Virus record (IMG/VR): IMGVR_UViG_3300036821_000136
Location: 1-64,000 of that record
DNA: 64,000 nt
Direction: 5' to 3' (one strand)
Source: a virus
Taxonomy: Duplodnaviria > Caudoviricetes
In this document: one piece after another, positions 1 through 8,901 of the stretch
Numbering within the stretch: the stretch's first letter is position 1
How the letters are laid out: each line of letters starts with the position of its first letter
Notes under the pieces: generated by a model
Seen by the model: the letters and a program-made list of their open reading frames with translations, nothing else
Databases searched by the model: none
What the model was told of the DNA's origin: nothing
Program-made: the position numbers and the translations under genes

Positions 1-3000
1 CCCAGCTCACCGTGACCGCCGCCGCGGACCCGGCAGCCGCGGCGGCGGTCACGGTGAGCTGGGCTGCCGCCGCGCCGGCCAGGCCGGTAGCCGGCGGGGC
101 GGGCGCGTGGGCGGCCAGGGCGGGCACCGGGCCGGGCGCTGACCCGGCGGCCGGTCCCGTGCCCGGCGCGGCCGTGACCGCGACGACCGGGGCGGGCGCG
201 GACCCTGACCCGGCTGCCAGGCCGGCCGCGCCGCCGCCCGCCGCGAGGGTGGCCGTGGCGGGTTGCGGCGCGGTCCCGGACCCGGCAGCCGGGGCGGGCG
301 TTACGGTGACGGCGGGCGTAGCCGGCGGGGCTACGGCGCCGCCCGGCGCGGCGCCGGCCTGGGCGGACGAGGCGGGTGACGGAGCCGGCGCCTGTCCGGC
401 GGCTACAGCCAGCCCGGCGGGCGCGGTCGCGGCCGAGCTGGTCGCGGCCGACGGGGCCGGGGCGGTCGCGGCCGCCGCAGCCTGCCCAGCCGAGACGGTG
501 ACCGCGACCGCCGGCAGCGGCCCGGCGCCCAGCGAGGCGGCGGCGGGCGGGCCGGTCCCTGCGGCCGGCAGGGGCGCGGGCGCGGGCCCGGCCGATGCGG
601 CGGCGGGCGGCGTGACAGCCAGGGCGGGCAGCGTCCCGGCCGCCAGGCCGACGGCGGCCGAGACGGGCGGGGCGGCCGTGATGGCGGCCAGCCCGGCGGT
701 CGCGGACCCCGGTGCGGCGGCCAGCCCGGCGGGTGCGGTCGCGGCGTGGCCAGGGGCGGGCGCGGTCGCGGCGGCGGCGGCCGGCCCGGCCGTGACCGTC
801 AGCGCGAGCGCCGTCGACGGGGCGGGCGCAGCGGCGGCGGCGGCGGCCAGCCCGGCGGGTGCGGTGACGGCTGAGACGGTCGAGACCGCCGGGGCGGGCG
901 CGGTGCCCGTGGCCGCGGCCAGGCCCGCCGCGGGCGCGAGCGCTAGAGCGGGAGCCGGGCCGGGCGCGGTGCCCGTGGCCTGGGCGAGCCCGGCGCCCGT
1001 GGCCGCCGCGTGACCCGGCGCGGGCGCGGTCCCGGCCGCGAGACCCGCGCCGGCCGGCACCGCGAGTGAAGCGGCCGGCGCGGGCGCCGAGGCGGTCCCG
1101 GCCGCCAGGCCGGCGCTCACCGTGACGGCGGTCACGGCGGCGGGCTGGGCGGCGGTCCCGGTCGCGGTCGCGGCGGGCGGCGTGACCGCGCAGGCGGTCA
1201 CCGGGGCCGGCGCGGTGCCGGCGGCGGCCGCCAGGCCTGCCGGGGCGGTGACCGCCGGGGTGTTCAGGTTCGCCCACGCCGACGTCGCCGCCGCGTCGCC
1301 GGTGGCGTACGCGCCTTCCTGGACCACCGCGATCAGCGCGGTGAGCGCGAACGGGTCCGCCTCCGACCACAGCGCGGTCCAGGTCACCGAGTCGGCGGAA
1401 TACTCGTAGTACAGCGTGCCGCCGGACTCCCGCAGCCGCAGCCACTTCATCGCCGGCGCGCTGTAGGCGGCGGTGGCCAGCACCGACCACGTGCCGGCGA
1501 CCTGATGCTGGGCCAGCAGGCTGCCGTTGCTGACCAGCACCGCGGCGGCGTTGGAGGTGTCCTTCTCGACCTGCAGCCCCGCCTGCGTGCTGGTGTACTG
1601 CCCGCCGGCCGACGCGAGCTGCACTAGCAGGGCCGAGCCGGTCAGGTCGTAGGAGCCGTTGGACTGGATGCCGGAGTACAGGGTGCTGTTCGCCACGTCG
1701 GTCAGCGACAGCTGGCCGCCGCCGACCGTCACGGTGCCGTAGCTGGCCCACAGCGTCGTGTTGAGCGCGCTGCCCGGGAACGTGTCGGCGAGCGTCGCCA
1801 TCTTCGGCGCGGCGACGGGCACCGTGGGCGCCGGCGCGGTCCCGGTCGCGGCGGCCAGGCCCGCCAGGACGGTGACCGGCCCGGTCCCCGCGGCGGGGGT
1901 GCCCACGTTGTCCCAGACCGACGTCGACGCCGCGTCGGTGGCCGCGGTCGCGCCGGCCTGCACCGACGCCTGCAGCGACCGGACGTCCCACGGGTCCGCC
2001 ACCGACGCCAGGTTCGTCCAGGTCTGCGAGTCGGCGGAGTAGTCGAAGAACATCGTCCCGCCGGACTCGCGGATCCGCAGCCAGGCCATCGCGGTCGCGC
2101 TGTAGGCGATCGTGCCCCGCTGCACGTAGCTGCCGGCGATGACCGTCTGGGCGACCAGGCTGCCGTTCTGCACGATCAGCTCGGCGGTGTTGCTGGCGTC
2201 CAGCTGGATGACCAGCAGCGCCTGCGTGTTGGTGCGCTGCACCCCGGCGCTGGCGAGCTGGGCGAGCAGGTAGGAGCCGGTCAGGTCGTAGCGGCCGTTG
2301 CTGGACAGCCCGGAGTACGCGGTGCTGTTCGCCGTGGTGGTTATCGACAGCTGGCCGCCGCCGACCGAGATAGTGCCGAACGCGCCCCACAGGTTCGTGT
2401 TGGGGACGTTGCCGGGGAACGTGTCGGCCAGCGTCTCCATTTTCGGCAGCCCGGCGATGACCGGCTGCTGCCGCGGGCCCGGCTGGCGCCACCCCGCCGG
2501 CGACAGGCGGCCCGGCGGGACCGGCTGCGGCGGCGTCGGGGGCGCCGGCGCGAGCGCGGGCAGGATCTCCGCGGCGGCGATGACCTCGCCGCTGACCGCG
2601 GCGGTCCATCCCAGGCTGATCTGCGTGCCGCCGGTGGACAGGGCGGCCGCTTCCAGGCCGCCCTCGCTGCCGCCCGCCGTGTCGACGGTCTGCCCGTAGA
2701 AGGCGGTGGCGGCGTTGGCGGTGACGGCGGCGGTCGCCGCGGTGCCGAACGCGCCGACGACCTGCGAGCCGGTCACGGCGGGCGTGATCGGCAGGGTGTT
2801 GGCGGCGCTGTTGCCGGCGGTGGCGCCGTTCTGCTGCGCGGCCGGGGCGGCGCCGGCGAACTGCCGCACGCCGCAGCCCACGTTGACCACGGTCGACGGC
2901 GCCATCGTGACCGTGACGGTCTGCGCGGCCGGCGACGGGCCGGCGTCCTTGACCCAGATCGAGGCGTCGCCGGAGCTGGTGACCGACTGGCGCTTCAGCA

Positions 3001-3193
3001 GCGTCCACGTGCCGAGCACACTGTCGCTGACCGTGACGCCGGTCTGCGCCGCGCCGGTCTCGTTGCCGCAGCCGGTGACGACGACCAGCAGCGAATTGGC
3101 GGCCGGCGTGAACGACACGGAGGTGACCGTGTTGGTGCGGCTGGTGGTGCTCGACCCGGCCCACGGCGCGAGCTGAGTTTCAGTCAGGCTCAC
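1..3193 (-). CDS. Large virion/tail-associated protein (partial, 3' end outside window): N-terminal beta-rich domain, two tandem ~180-aa lectin-like beta-sandwich domains, then Ala/Gly/Pro/Thr repeats
   Basis: Manual translation from GTG 3193 (MSLTETQLAPWAGSSTTSRTNTVTSVSFTPAANSLLVVV...) stays open to the window edge. Two copies of PKMxTLADTFPG...YDLTGS...WLRxRESGGT...YSADSxTWT, then repeated AGLAAATGTAPAP. Not in the ORF track because it has no stop in the window. Confidence 0.75.
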   Translation of the reverse strand, partial: MSLTETQLAPWAGSSTTSRTNTVTSVSFTPAANSLLVVVTGCGNETGAAQTGVTVSDSVLGTWTLLKRQSVTSSGDASIWVKDAGPSPAAQTVTVTMAPSTVVNVGCGVRQFAGAAPAAQQNGATAGNSAANTLPITPAVTGSQVVGAFGTAATAAVTANAATAFYGQTVDTAGGSEGGLEAAALSTGGTQISLGWTAAVSGEVIAAAEILPALAPAPPTPPQPVPPGRLSPAGWRQPGPRQQPVIAGLPKMETLADTFPGNVPNTNLWGAFGTISVGGGQLSITTTANSTAYSGLSSNGRYDLTGSYLLAQLASAGVQRTNTQALLVIQLDASNTAELIVQNGSLVAQTVIAGSYVQRGTIAYSATAMAWLRIRESGGTMFFDYSADSQTWTNLASVADPWDVRSLQASVQAGATAATDAASTSVWDNVGTPAAGTGPVTVLAGLAAATGTAPAPTVPVAAPKMATLADTFPGSALNTTLWASYGTVTVGGGQLSLTDVANSTLYSGIQSNGSYDLTGSALLVQLASAGGQYTSTQAGLQVEKDTSNAAAVLVSNGSLLAQHQVAGTWSVLATAAYSAPAMKWLRLRESGGTLYYEYSADSVTWTALWSEADPFALTALIAVVQEGAYATGDAAATSAWANLNTPAVTAPAGLAAAAGTAPAPVTACAVTPPAATATGTAAQPAAVTAVTVSAGLAAGTASAPAPAASLAVPAGAGLAAGTAPAPGHAAATGAGLAQATGTAPGPAPALALAPAAGLAAATGTAPAPAVSTVSAVTAPAGLAAAAAAAPAPSTALALTVTAGPAAAAATAPAPGHAATAPAGLAAAPGSATAGLAAITAAPPVSAAVGLAAGTLPALAVTPPAAASAGPAPAPLPAAGTGPPAAASLGAGPLPAVAVTVSAGQAAAAATAPAPSAATSSAATAPAGLAVAAGQAPAPSPASSAQAGAAPGGAVAPPATPAVTVTPAPAAGSGTAPQPATATLAAGGGAAGLAAGSGSAPAPVVAVTAAPGTGPAAGSAPGPVPALAAHAPAPPATGLAGAAAAQLTVTAAAAAGSAAAVTVSW

Positions 3194-3213
3194 GGCTCAC
3201 CGGCCCCGTGCCG

Positions 3214-3822
3214 CTAGTTCAGGCCCTCCACGAGCCACTGGGTCAGCTGCAGGGTCGCGGCGGCGGCGGCCAGGGTGCCGCGCAGGCTGATGCCCTGCAG
3301 CTGGGTGGTGTCGACGGCCGCGACCTGCTCACCGGACGCGCTGGGCAGGTACAGGTTGATCCCGGCGGTGGCGGTGCCGACCGTCTGCGCGGTGGCCGGG
3401 TTGTCCCCGATGTACAGCTCCGCCTGGCTGGCCAGCGTGTTCCCGGACGGGGCGACCTGCGTGCAGCGGATCAGCCCCTCCAGCTTCCACGGGATCCCGG
3501 TGATCGCGCCGGTGCCGGTGTTGAGCACCTTCGCGTGGGCGGCCAGCGTGACGTAGGTCGATCCGGTGTTGCCGGCCCGGGCGGCGAGCAGGAACGCCGC
3601 GGTGGTGCTGGTGGCGGTGGTGGTCAGGAAGCCGCGGGCGGTGACCCGGACCAGCATGCCGGGGTACCAGCCGCCCGCGTTAGCCGGGTTGACCTGGGCG
3701 ACGTCGGCGGTGTTGCCCGCCACCGGCGACAGCGTGGCGGTCGCCGCGGTGTTGAGCGCCGCCCCGGCGCCGGCTCCCGGCAGGGAGTCGTTGATCAGGC
3801 TTACCCAGTCCTGGTAGGCCAT
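3214..3822 (-). CDS. Putative virion structural protein (beta-rich, Ala/Thr/Gly-rich)
   Basis: 202-aa ORF co-oriented with the flanking structural-type genes; composition typical of tail or decoration proteins. Confidence 0.55.
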   Translation of the reverse strand: MAYQDWVSLINDSLPGAGAGAALNTAATATLSPVAGNTADVAQVNPANAGGWYPGMLVRVTARGFLTTTATSTTAAFLLAARAGNTGSTYVTLAAHAKVLNTGTGAITGIPWKLEGLIRCTQVAPSGNTLASQAELYIGDNPATAQTVGTATAGINLYLPSASGEQVAAVDTTQLQGISLRGTLAAAAATLQLTQWLVEGLN

Positions 3823-3864
3823 CGCGCGCCTACCCCGGGCCGGTGATCGGGAACAGCGCCATGG

Positions 3865-4350
3865 CTACACGCTCACCTGCATGATCCCGGCGGCGTTCCA
3901 CTGCACGGTGAAGGTCCCGGCCGTGACCGACTGGGCGCCGCCGAAGTAATGGAAGGCGCACCCCTGCTTGGCGACCGGGGCGGCCAGCGTGAAGTCGTAG
4001 ACCTCGTCGCCGTAGACGTTGGCCAGGGTCACGTTGCCCGCCCCGGCGGTGTTGGATCCGGTCCACGTGATCAGGTTGGTCGCGGAGGTGAAGCCGCCGG
4101 CCGATCCGGTGCCGGCGATGGTCTGCCCGCCGGCCGGCCAGTTCGGGTCGGTGATCTCGTTGCCGGTCACCCACGCGCCGGTCCCGTAGGCGGTCGCCGC
4201 GGCGGCGGCGGTCTTGTCGGGGGTGCCGGTGTTGCCGAACAGCGCCGCCTTGAACACGTCGGCATTGTTCATCTTCCCGGCGGTGATGGTGCCCGACAGC
4301 TGGTCGGACAGCCAGGCGCGGAAGATCGCCGACGCGGTCCCGAACGGCAT
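3865..4350 (-). CDS. Phage virion structural protein (tail/baseplate-associated type)
   Basis: Pattern VFKAALF...NEITDPNWPAGGQTI...ITW...FGGAQSVTAGTFTVQWNAAGI resembles a widespread small phage structural family. Confidence 0.6.
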   Translation of the reverse strand: MPFGTASAIFRAWLSDQLSGTITAGKMNNADVFKAALFGNTGTPDKTAAAAATAYGTGAWVTGNEITDPNWPAGGQTIAGTGSAGGFTSATNLITWTGSNTAGAGNVTLANVYGDEVYDFTLAAPVAKQGCAFHYFGGAQSVTAGTFTVQWNAAGIMQVSV

Positions 4351-4715
4351 CAGTCTTCCCCTGCCTCGATCGCCTCGGCGTCGGCGAGGGCGGCGTCCCG
4401 GTCGGCGGCTGCCTGCGCCTCGATCTGGTCGGCCTCGTCGGTCAGCCGGCCGGCGTGCTCGCGGGCGGCGGCGGCCGCGCCCATCGCCGCGTCGTAGTCG
4501 TCCTGGGCGCTCTCGCGGCGGGCGGCCGCGGCGGCGGCCCGCACGTCGGCGGGCGCCGGCTGGCCGGCGGCGGCCTCGTCGGCGGCGGCCCGGGCGACCG
4601 CGGCGTCCACCATGTCGGGGTCGATGCCGCCGTCGAGCAGTTCCTGCGCCCAGCCGGGCACGGCGGCGACGGTCGGGTCGGGAGCGCCTGCGGCGGCGCC
4701 TGCCGGGTCGGGCAT
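4350..4715 (-). CDS. Hypothetical acidic Ala-rich coiled-coil protein
   Basis: 121-aa ORF whose stop overlaps the next start. Confidence 0.55.
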   Translation of the reverse strand: MPDPAGAAAGAPDPTVAAVPGWAQELLDGGIDPDMVDAAVARAAADEAAAGQPAPADVRAAAAAARRESAQDDYDAAMGAAAAAREHAGRLTDEADQIEAQAAADRDAALADAEAIEAGED

Positions 4716-4733
4716 GGCCGGGCCCCCCTTTCG

Positions 4734-5060
4734 CTAGCAGGTGATGACGGCCCGGGCGACGGGCGCGTTGACCAGCAGGTCATTCGACCCGTCGGCGCGG
4801 ACGGTGGCGACCGCCATGTAGGGGCGGCCGTCGTCGCCCGTCGCCTGGATCTCCCCGTTCAGGTAGTCCTCGCGCAGCACCGCGATCAGCGTGCAGTCGG
4901 TGCCGGCCCGCACCAGCGGCGCGGTCAGCATGTGCAGCCGGGGGCAGGTGTGGAACCGGGCGGCGTTGGCCGGCAGCGGCCGGGTCCGGTCGGTGGTCCC
5001 GCACGCCGGGCAGCGCCAGTCGGTCCAGGCGTCCAGCAGCACCGCGCCGGGGCCGATCAC
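4734..5060 (-). CDS. Hypothetical Cys/His (Zn-binding-like) protein
   Basis: GTG 5060 overlaps the upstream TGA; WRCPAC...FHTC motif. Confidence 0.6.
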   Translation of the reverse strand: MIGPGAVLLDAWTDWRCPACGTTDRTRPLPANAARFHTCPRLHMLTAPLVRAGTDCTLIAVLREDYLNGEIQATGDDGRPYMAVATVRADGSNDLLVNAPVARAVITC

Positions 5061-5602
5061 CGGGCCGCCTTCAGCCACACGCCGCGGGCGGCGGCGTCGT
5101 CGACGAGAAGCGCGGTCCAGCCCGGCCCGGGCGGCGCCGCGTGGTTGACGCTGATCAGCGCCGTGCCCGGCGCGAGCAGCCCGCGCAGCCGCCCCTCGTA
5201 GGCCGCCTCCAGCCGCGCGTCGCGCAGCAGCTGGTTGGCGAACACGATGTCGGTGCCGGACCAGTCGGCGTCCAGCACCCGCCCGGTCCGCACGTCGGCG
5301 CCCGCCGCCCGGGCCGCCGCCGCGTAGGCGGGCACCAGCTCGACGCCCCACGCCCGGCAGCCCGCCGCGGCCGCCAGCAGCACCTTGCCGCCGACCCCCG
5401 CCCCGGCGTCGCCGAACACCGGCCGCTCGGGCACCGCTGCCATGGCGTGCCGCAGCAGCCAGCCGAACGCGCCGGCCGGGTACGGCTCCGCGCCCCACAG
5501 GCCGGGCGGCGGGCCGACGTCGGGGCGCTCCGACGGCCGCCAGGCGTCCTCGAGCGCGGCGACCCGCGCGGCGGTCCACGTGTCAGCAGCAGCGGCGGGC
5601 AC
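5057..5602 (-). CDS. Class I SAM-dependent methyltransferase, DOT1-like
   Basis: GGAGG RBS before GTG 5602; motif I FGDAGAGVGGKVLLAA, motif II AWGVEL, DIVFAN. Confidence 0.7.
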   Translation of the reverse strand: MPAAAADTWTAARVAALEDAWRPSERPDVGPPPGLWGAEPYPAGAFGWLLRHAMAAVPERPVFGDAGAGVGGKVLLAAAAGCRAWGVELVPAYAAAARAAGADVRTGRVLDADWSGTDIVFANQLLRDARLEAAYEGRLRGLLAPGTALISVNHAAPPGPGWTALLVDDAAARGVWLKAAR

Positions 5603-5629
5603 CGGCGCCTCCGGTCTAGGGTGGCGGTC

Positions 5630-6160
5630 ATGGTCATGGACGAGCGGTGGCCGCCGGCCGGGCAGCGGCACGTGGAGCTGGGCACCCGCGCCGGGACGCT
5701 GCGCGCGTTCGGGTCGCTGACCGTGTTCACCGGCCTGGACGCGGTCGCCGCGGTGCTCGCCGACGACTACAGCGAGGTCACTTTGAACGGCGAGCCGATC
5801 ACCGCCGACCGGGCCCGGCAGGTGCTCGCCGACGAGGCGCAGGCGATCCTCGCGGCGCTGCCGCGCCCGCCGATGCCGCCGCGGACCTGGCAGCGGCCCA
5901 CTACCGGCGAGCAGGTCACCGGCGCCGGGCTGCGGCGCACCGGCCACTGCTCAGGGCCGGACGGCGACCTGCGCGTCGAGTACGGCTACCACGCGATCTG
6001 GGTCGAGGAGCCGGCGATGGGGGAGCCGCCCGACGGGTTCATCCTGACCACCGCGCAGACCTGGCTCAACGGGGTGCTGATCACCGACCCGGACCGGGCG
6101 CGGGCGCTGGCCGCGGCGGCGGGCCTGGCCGCCGAGCGGCAGCTGCCCGGCCGCGCCTAG
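5630..6160 (+). CDS. Hypothetical protein with a duplicated xLNGxxIT motif
   Basis: ATG 5630 in the frame of ORF 5141..6160; VTLNGEPIT..RAR and TWLNGVLIT..RAR. Confidence 0.5.
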   Translation: MVMDERWPPAGQRHVELGTRAGTLRAFGSLTVFTGLDAVAAVLADDYSEVTLNGEPITADRARQVLADEAQAILAALPRPPMPPRTWQRPTTGEQVTGAGLRRTGHCSGPDGDLRVEYGYHAIWVEEPAMGEPPDGFILTTAQTWLNGVLITDPDRARALAAAAGLAAERQLPGRA

Positions 6161-6189
6161 CAACGCCGCGGCCGGGGGGCCCGGGAATG

Positions 6190-6370
6190 GCGAGGGCCCG
6201 CGCTGACGGGGGCACAACGCGGGCCCTGCTCTGGCCTGGCCTGCGGGCGGGTCCCCGACGGGGGCACGAGGGCCGCTGACTGCCCGGGCCGGCTAAATGC
6301 GGTTACCAACCGGGAACGGCAGGCCCGGACGAGCGTCAGCGGGTCCGGGCAGACTGCTCCTAGCTGCCCA
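6190..6370 (-). ncRNA. Candidate structured non-coding RNA
   Basis: Intergenic run of abutting stems with 8-nt loop-loop complementarity (6273-6280/6335-6342); TTGACG-17nt-TGAACT promoter-like sequence just upstream on the minus strand. Confidence 0.4.
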
Positions 6371-6474
6371 GTTCAGCGCACCTAACCCGCCGCGTCAAGC
6401 GGTTCGCTGGCATTGCCCGCCGGCGTGTCGCCGGGGCGCCGGGCATTACGCGCAATACACCGGAAATTAACCTT

Positions 6475-7065
6475 TCAGCCGGCGGCCAGCGCCAGGAACT
6501 CGGCGCGCACCTGCCCGTCGAAGAACTTGCCGGTCAGGTGGGAGGTCAGCATCGTGGCGCCCTCGGCGCACGGGCCGCGCAGCGTCAGGCAGGTGTGCAC
6601 CGCCTCGATCAGGCAGCCGGCGCCCTGGATGTCCAGGTGCTTGGCCAGCGCGTCGACGACCTGCTGGCCGAGGCGTTCCTGCATCTGCGGGGCCGCCGCG
6701 TACCCGTCGACCAGCCGGGCCAGCTTGGAGATCCCGGCGACCCGCGCGCCCTCGGCGGGCAGGTAGGCGACGGTGGCGTGCCCGGTGAACGGCAGCAGGT
6801 GATGCTCGCACACCGACCGGAACGGGACCTTCTTGAGGAAGATCATCACCGGCACGCCCGGCGGCGGCGCGAAGGTGCGGCCGAGGAGCTGCCCGGCGTC
6901 GACCGGGTCGCGCAGCCCGGCGGTCAGCTCGCGCAGCGCCGCGGTGAACCGCAGCGGCGTCCGCTCCATGTCCGGGCTGGTCACGTCGACGCCGATCGAC
7001 GCCAGGAACGCCGACGCCAGGACCACGCTGTCGACCTCGCCCGGCTCCGTGCTGTACAGCGTCAT
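6475..7065 (-). CDS. folE: GTP cyclohydrolase I
   Basis: RTPLR, FRSVCEHHLLPFTG, GISKLARLVD, QMQERL, EAVHTCLTLRG; ATG 7065 overlaps the queE stop. Confidence 0.95.
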   Translation of the reverse strand: MTLYSTEPGEVDSVVLASAFLASIGVDVTSPDMERTPLRFTAALRELTAGLRDPVDAGQLLGRTFAPPPGVPVMIFLKKVPFRSVCEHHLLPFTGHATVAYLPAEGARVAGISKLARLVDGYAAAPQMQERLGQQVVDALAKHLDIQGAGCLIEAVHTCLTLRGPCAEGATMLTSHLTGKFFDGQVRAEFLALAAG

Positions 7066-7793
7066 CGCGGCTCGCCTTCCTGGTCGTAGATCAGCACGTG
7101 CTGGCGCAGCGTCAGGTTGAAGCCGCGGGCCAGCGCCGCCGGCGCGACCGCCCGGGCGGTCTCCAGGATCGCGTCGGGGGTGGTGCCGGCGGGCATCACC
7201 CACACCTGGTCGCGGTGCAGCCCGTAGGGGCGGATCCAGCCGTCCTCGATCTCGGCCAGGTCGCCGCGGCCGGTGACGACGAACTTGAACACCGCCCGGC
7301 GGCTGGCCGTGAACCAGGCCAGCGCCCGCCCGTTGGCGGCCTTCTCGCGGGTCATGCCGGAGCTCGCCAGCTTGGGCGACACGTTGAACTGGTCGACCGA
7401 CACGCACGCGGGCGCGTCGGGCAGCTGGGTGCCGTTGGTCTCCACCTCGATGCGGACCCCGGCCGTCGCCAGCGTCCAGACCAGCTCGGCGAACCCGTCC
7501 TGGTGCTGGTGCAGCAGCGGCTCCCCGCCGGTGATGATGACCAGCCGGGGCCGGGACGCGAGCGCCGCCTTGGCGATGTCGGCGGCCTCGGCGCGGGTGC
7601 CCTGCTCGGCCAGGTTGAACCGGCGGGCGTCCCACGTCTGGGCTTCGTCGCACGGCGACACGCCGTCGGGGGTGACCCAGGCGCAGGACAGGTTGCAGCC
7701 CATCAGCCGGACCACCGCCGCGCGGACTCCCGCCGACGGGCCCTCGCCCTGCCAGCAGGAGTAGGGCGCGCCGTTGACGACGAGGCTGCTCAC
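7062..7793 (-). CDS. queE: 7-carboxy-7-deazaguanine synthase (radical SAM)
   Basis: WQGEGPSAG..AVVRLMGCNLSCxW...CD, ITGGEPLL, IEVETNGT, NVSPKL, FKFVV, LRQH. Confidence 0.95.
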   Translation of the reverse strand: MSSLVVNGAPYSCWQGEGPSAGVRAAVVRLMGCNLSCAWVTPDGVSPCDEAQTWDARRFNLAEQGTRAEAADIAKAALASRPRLVIITGGEPLLHQHQDGFAELVWTLATAGVRIEVETNGTQLPDAPACVSVDQFNVSPKLASSGMTREKAANGRALAWFTASRRAVFKFVVTGRGDLAEIEDGWIRPYGLHRDQVWVMPAGTTPDAILETARAVAPAALARGFNLTLRQHVLIYDQEGEPR

Positions 7794-8215
7794 CCCCGCA
7801 CCGCCGACGCGCTGGTCGAGTCGTTCTCGCACACTTCCACGCCGAGGACCAGGTCGCCGAACAGGCCGACGGCGACGGTCAGCAGGTGGGCGGCCAGGTT
7901 CTCGGCGGTCGGGTTGAAGTCGAGCGCGGCCGGGTCGGTGACCGTCCCGCCCTCGTCGCACACGTGCCCGGCGCCCAGGTGCCGGTGGTCGAGCTGCCGG
8001 TCGAGCCAGTCGCGCAGCGGGGACAGCTCGCCGTAGTCCAGCACCATCCCGGTCGCGTCGAGGTCGCCGGTCAGCAGCACGGTGACCTGGTAGTTGTGGC
8101 CGTGCAGCCGGGCGCACTTGTGCCCGTCGGGCAGCCCGGTCAGCCGGTGGGAGGCGGCGAACCGGAACGTCTTGGTGATGGTGGCGGTGGGCGGCGGGGC
8201 CGCCTCGCCGGTCAC
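7790..8215 (-). CDS. queD: 6-carboxy-5,6,7,8-tetrahydropterin synthase
   Basis: FAASHRL..HKCARLHGHNY, GMVLDY, LDHRHL, NPTAENLA, VEVCE. Confidence 0.95.
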   Translation of the reverse strand: MTGEAAPPPTATITKTFRFAASHRLTGLPDGHKCARLHGHNYQVTVLLTGDLDATGMVLDYGELSPLRDWLDRQLDHRHLGAGHVCDEGGTVTDPAALDFNPTAENLAAHLLTVAVGLFGDLVLGVEVCENDSTSASAVRG

Positions 8216-8901
8216 GGGCGGGCCGCCGCGGTGCGCCAGTAGCCGGGGTCGGCGTAGCGGGTCGGGTCGGGCACCCCGGCCAGGGTGAACGCCTCGGCCC
8301 GCTCGACGCACGTGCCGCAGCGGCCGCAGTGCTGCTCGCCGCCCTGGTAGCAGGACCAGGACAGGTGCATGGGGGCGCCGAGGCGGGCGCCGAGGGCGGC
8401 GATGTCGGCCTTGGACATGTGCACGAACGGGGCGGCGATCTCCACGTCGCCGTACCCGGCGGTGCCCAGCAGCGACGCCAGGTTCGCGGCGGCGACGAAC
8501 TCGGGCCGGCAGTCGGGGTAGATGGGGTGGTCGCCGGCGTGCACCGCGTAGGCGACCTGCCGGTGGCCGCGGCCGGCGGCGGCGCCGACGGCGACCGCGA
8601 GCATGATCATGTTCCGGTTCGGGACGACGGTGACGGCCATCGACGGCGCCGAGTAGTGCCCTTCCGGCACCGGCGCGCCGCCGGTCAGCGCCGAGCCGGC
8701 CAGCAGGCCGCGCAGCGCGGACAGGTCGGCGACGTCGTGGGCGATGCCGTAGTGGCTGGCGACGGCGGCGGCGGCGGTGATCTCGCGGGCGTGCCGCTGC
8801 CCGTAGTGCACCGACAGCGTCTCCACCGGGTCGGCGCTGATCGTCAGGGCGTGGGCGGCCAGGACGGTCGAGTCCAGGCCGCCGGACAGCAGGATCATCA
8901 T
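8212..8901 (-). CDS. queC: 7-cyano-7-deazaguanine synthase
   Basis: LSGGLDST, YGQRH, VPNRN, YPDCRPEF, SWSCY..HCGRCGTCVER. Confidence 0.95.
   Translation of the reverse strand: MMILLSGGLDSTVLAAHALTISADPVETLSVHYGQRHAREITAAAAVASHYGIAHDVADLSALRGLLAGSALTGGAPVPEGHYSAPSMAVTVVPNRNMIMLAVAVGAAAGRGHRQVAYAVHAGDHPIYPDCRPEFVAAANLASLLGTAGYGDVEIAAPFVHMSKADIAALGARLGAPMHLSWSCYQGGEQHCGRCGTCVERAEAFTLAGVPDPTRYADPGYWRTAAARP

Noticed and set aside
12-3176. Plus-strand ORFs 12-1013, 1122-1409, 1758-2042, 2298-2699, 2706-3176
   Set aside because: Antisense shadows of the long minus-strand virion gene
3830-3862. 10-codon ORF MALFPITGPG between structural genes
   Set aside because: Too short and without supporting signals
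6190-6370. preQ1 riboswitch or twister ribozyme
   Set aside because: It lies downstream, not upstream, of the que genes and lacks consensus I can match; kept only as an unknown RNA candidate
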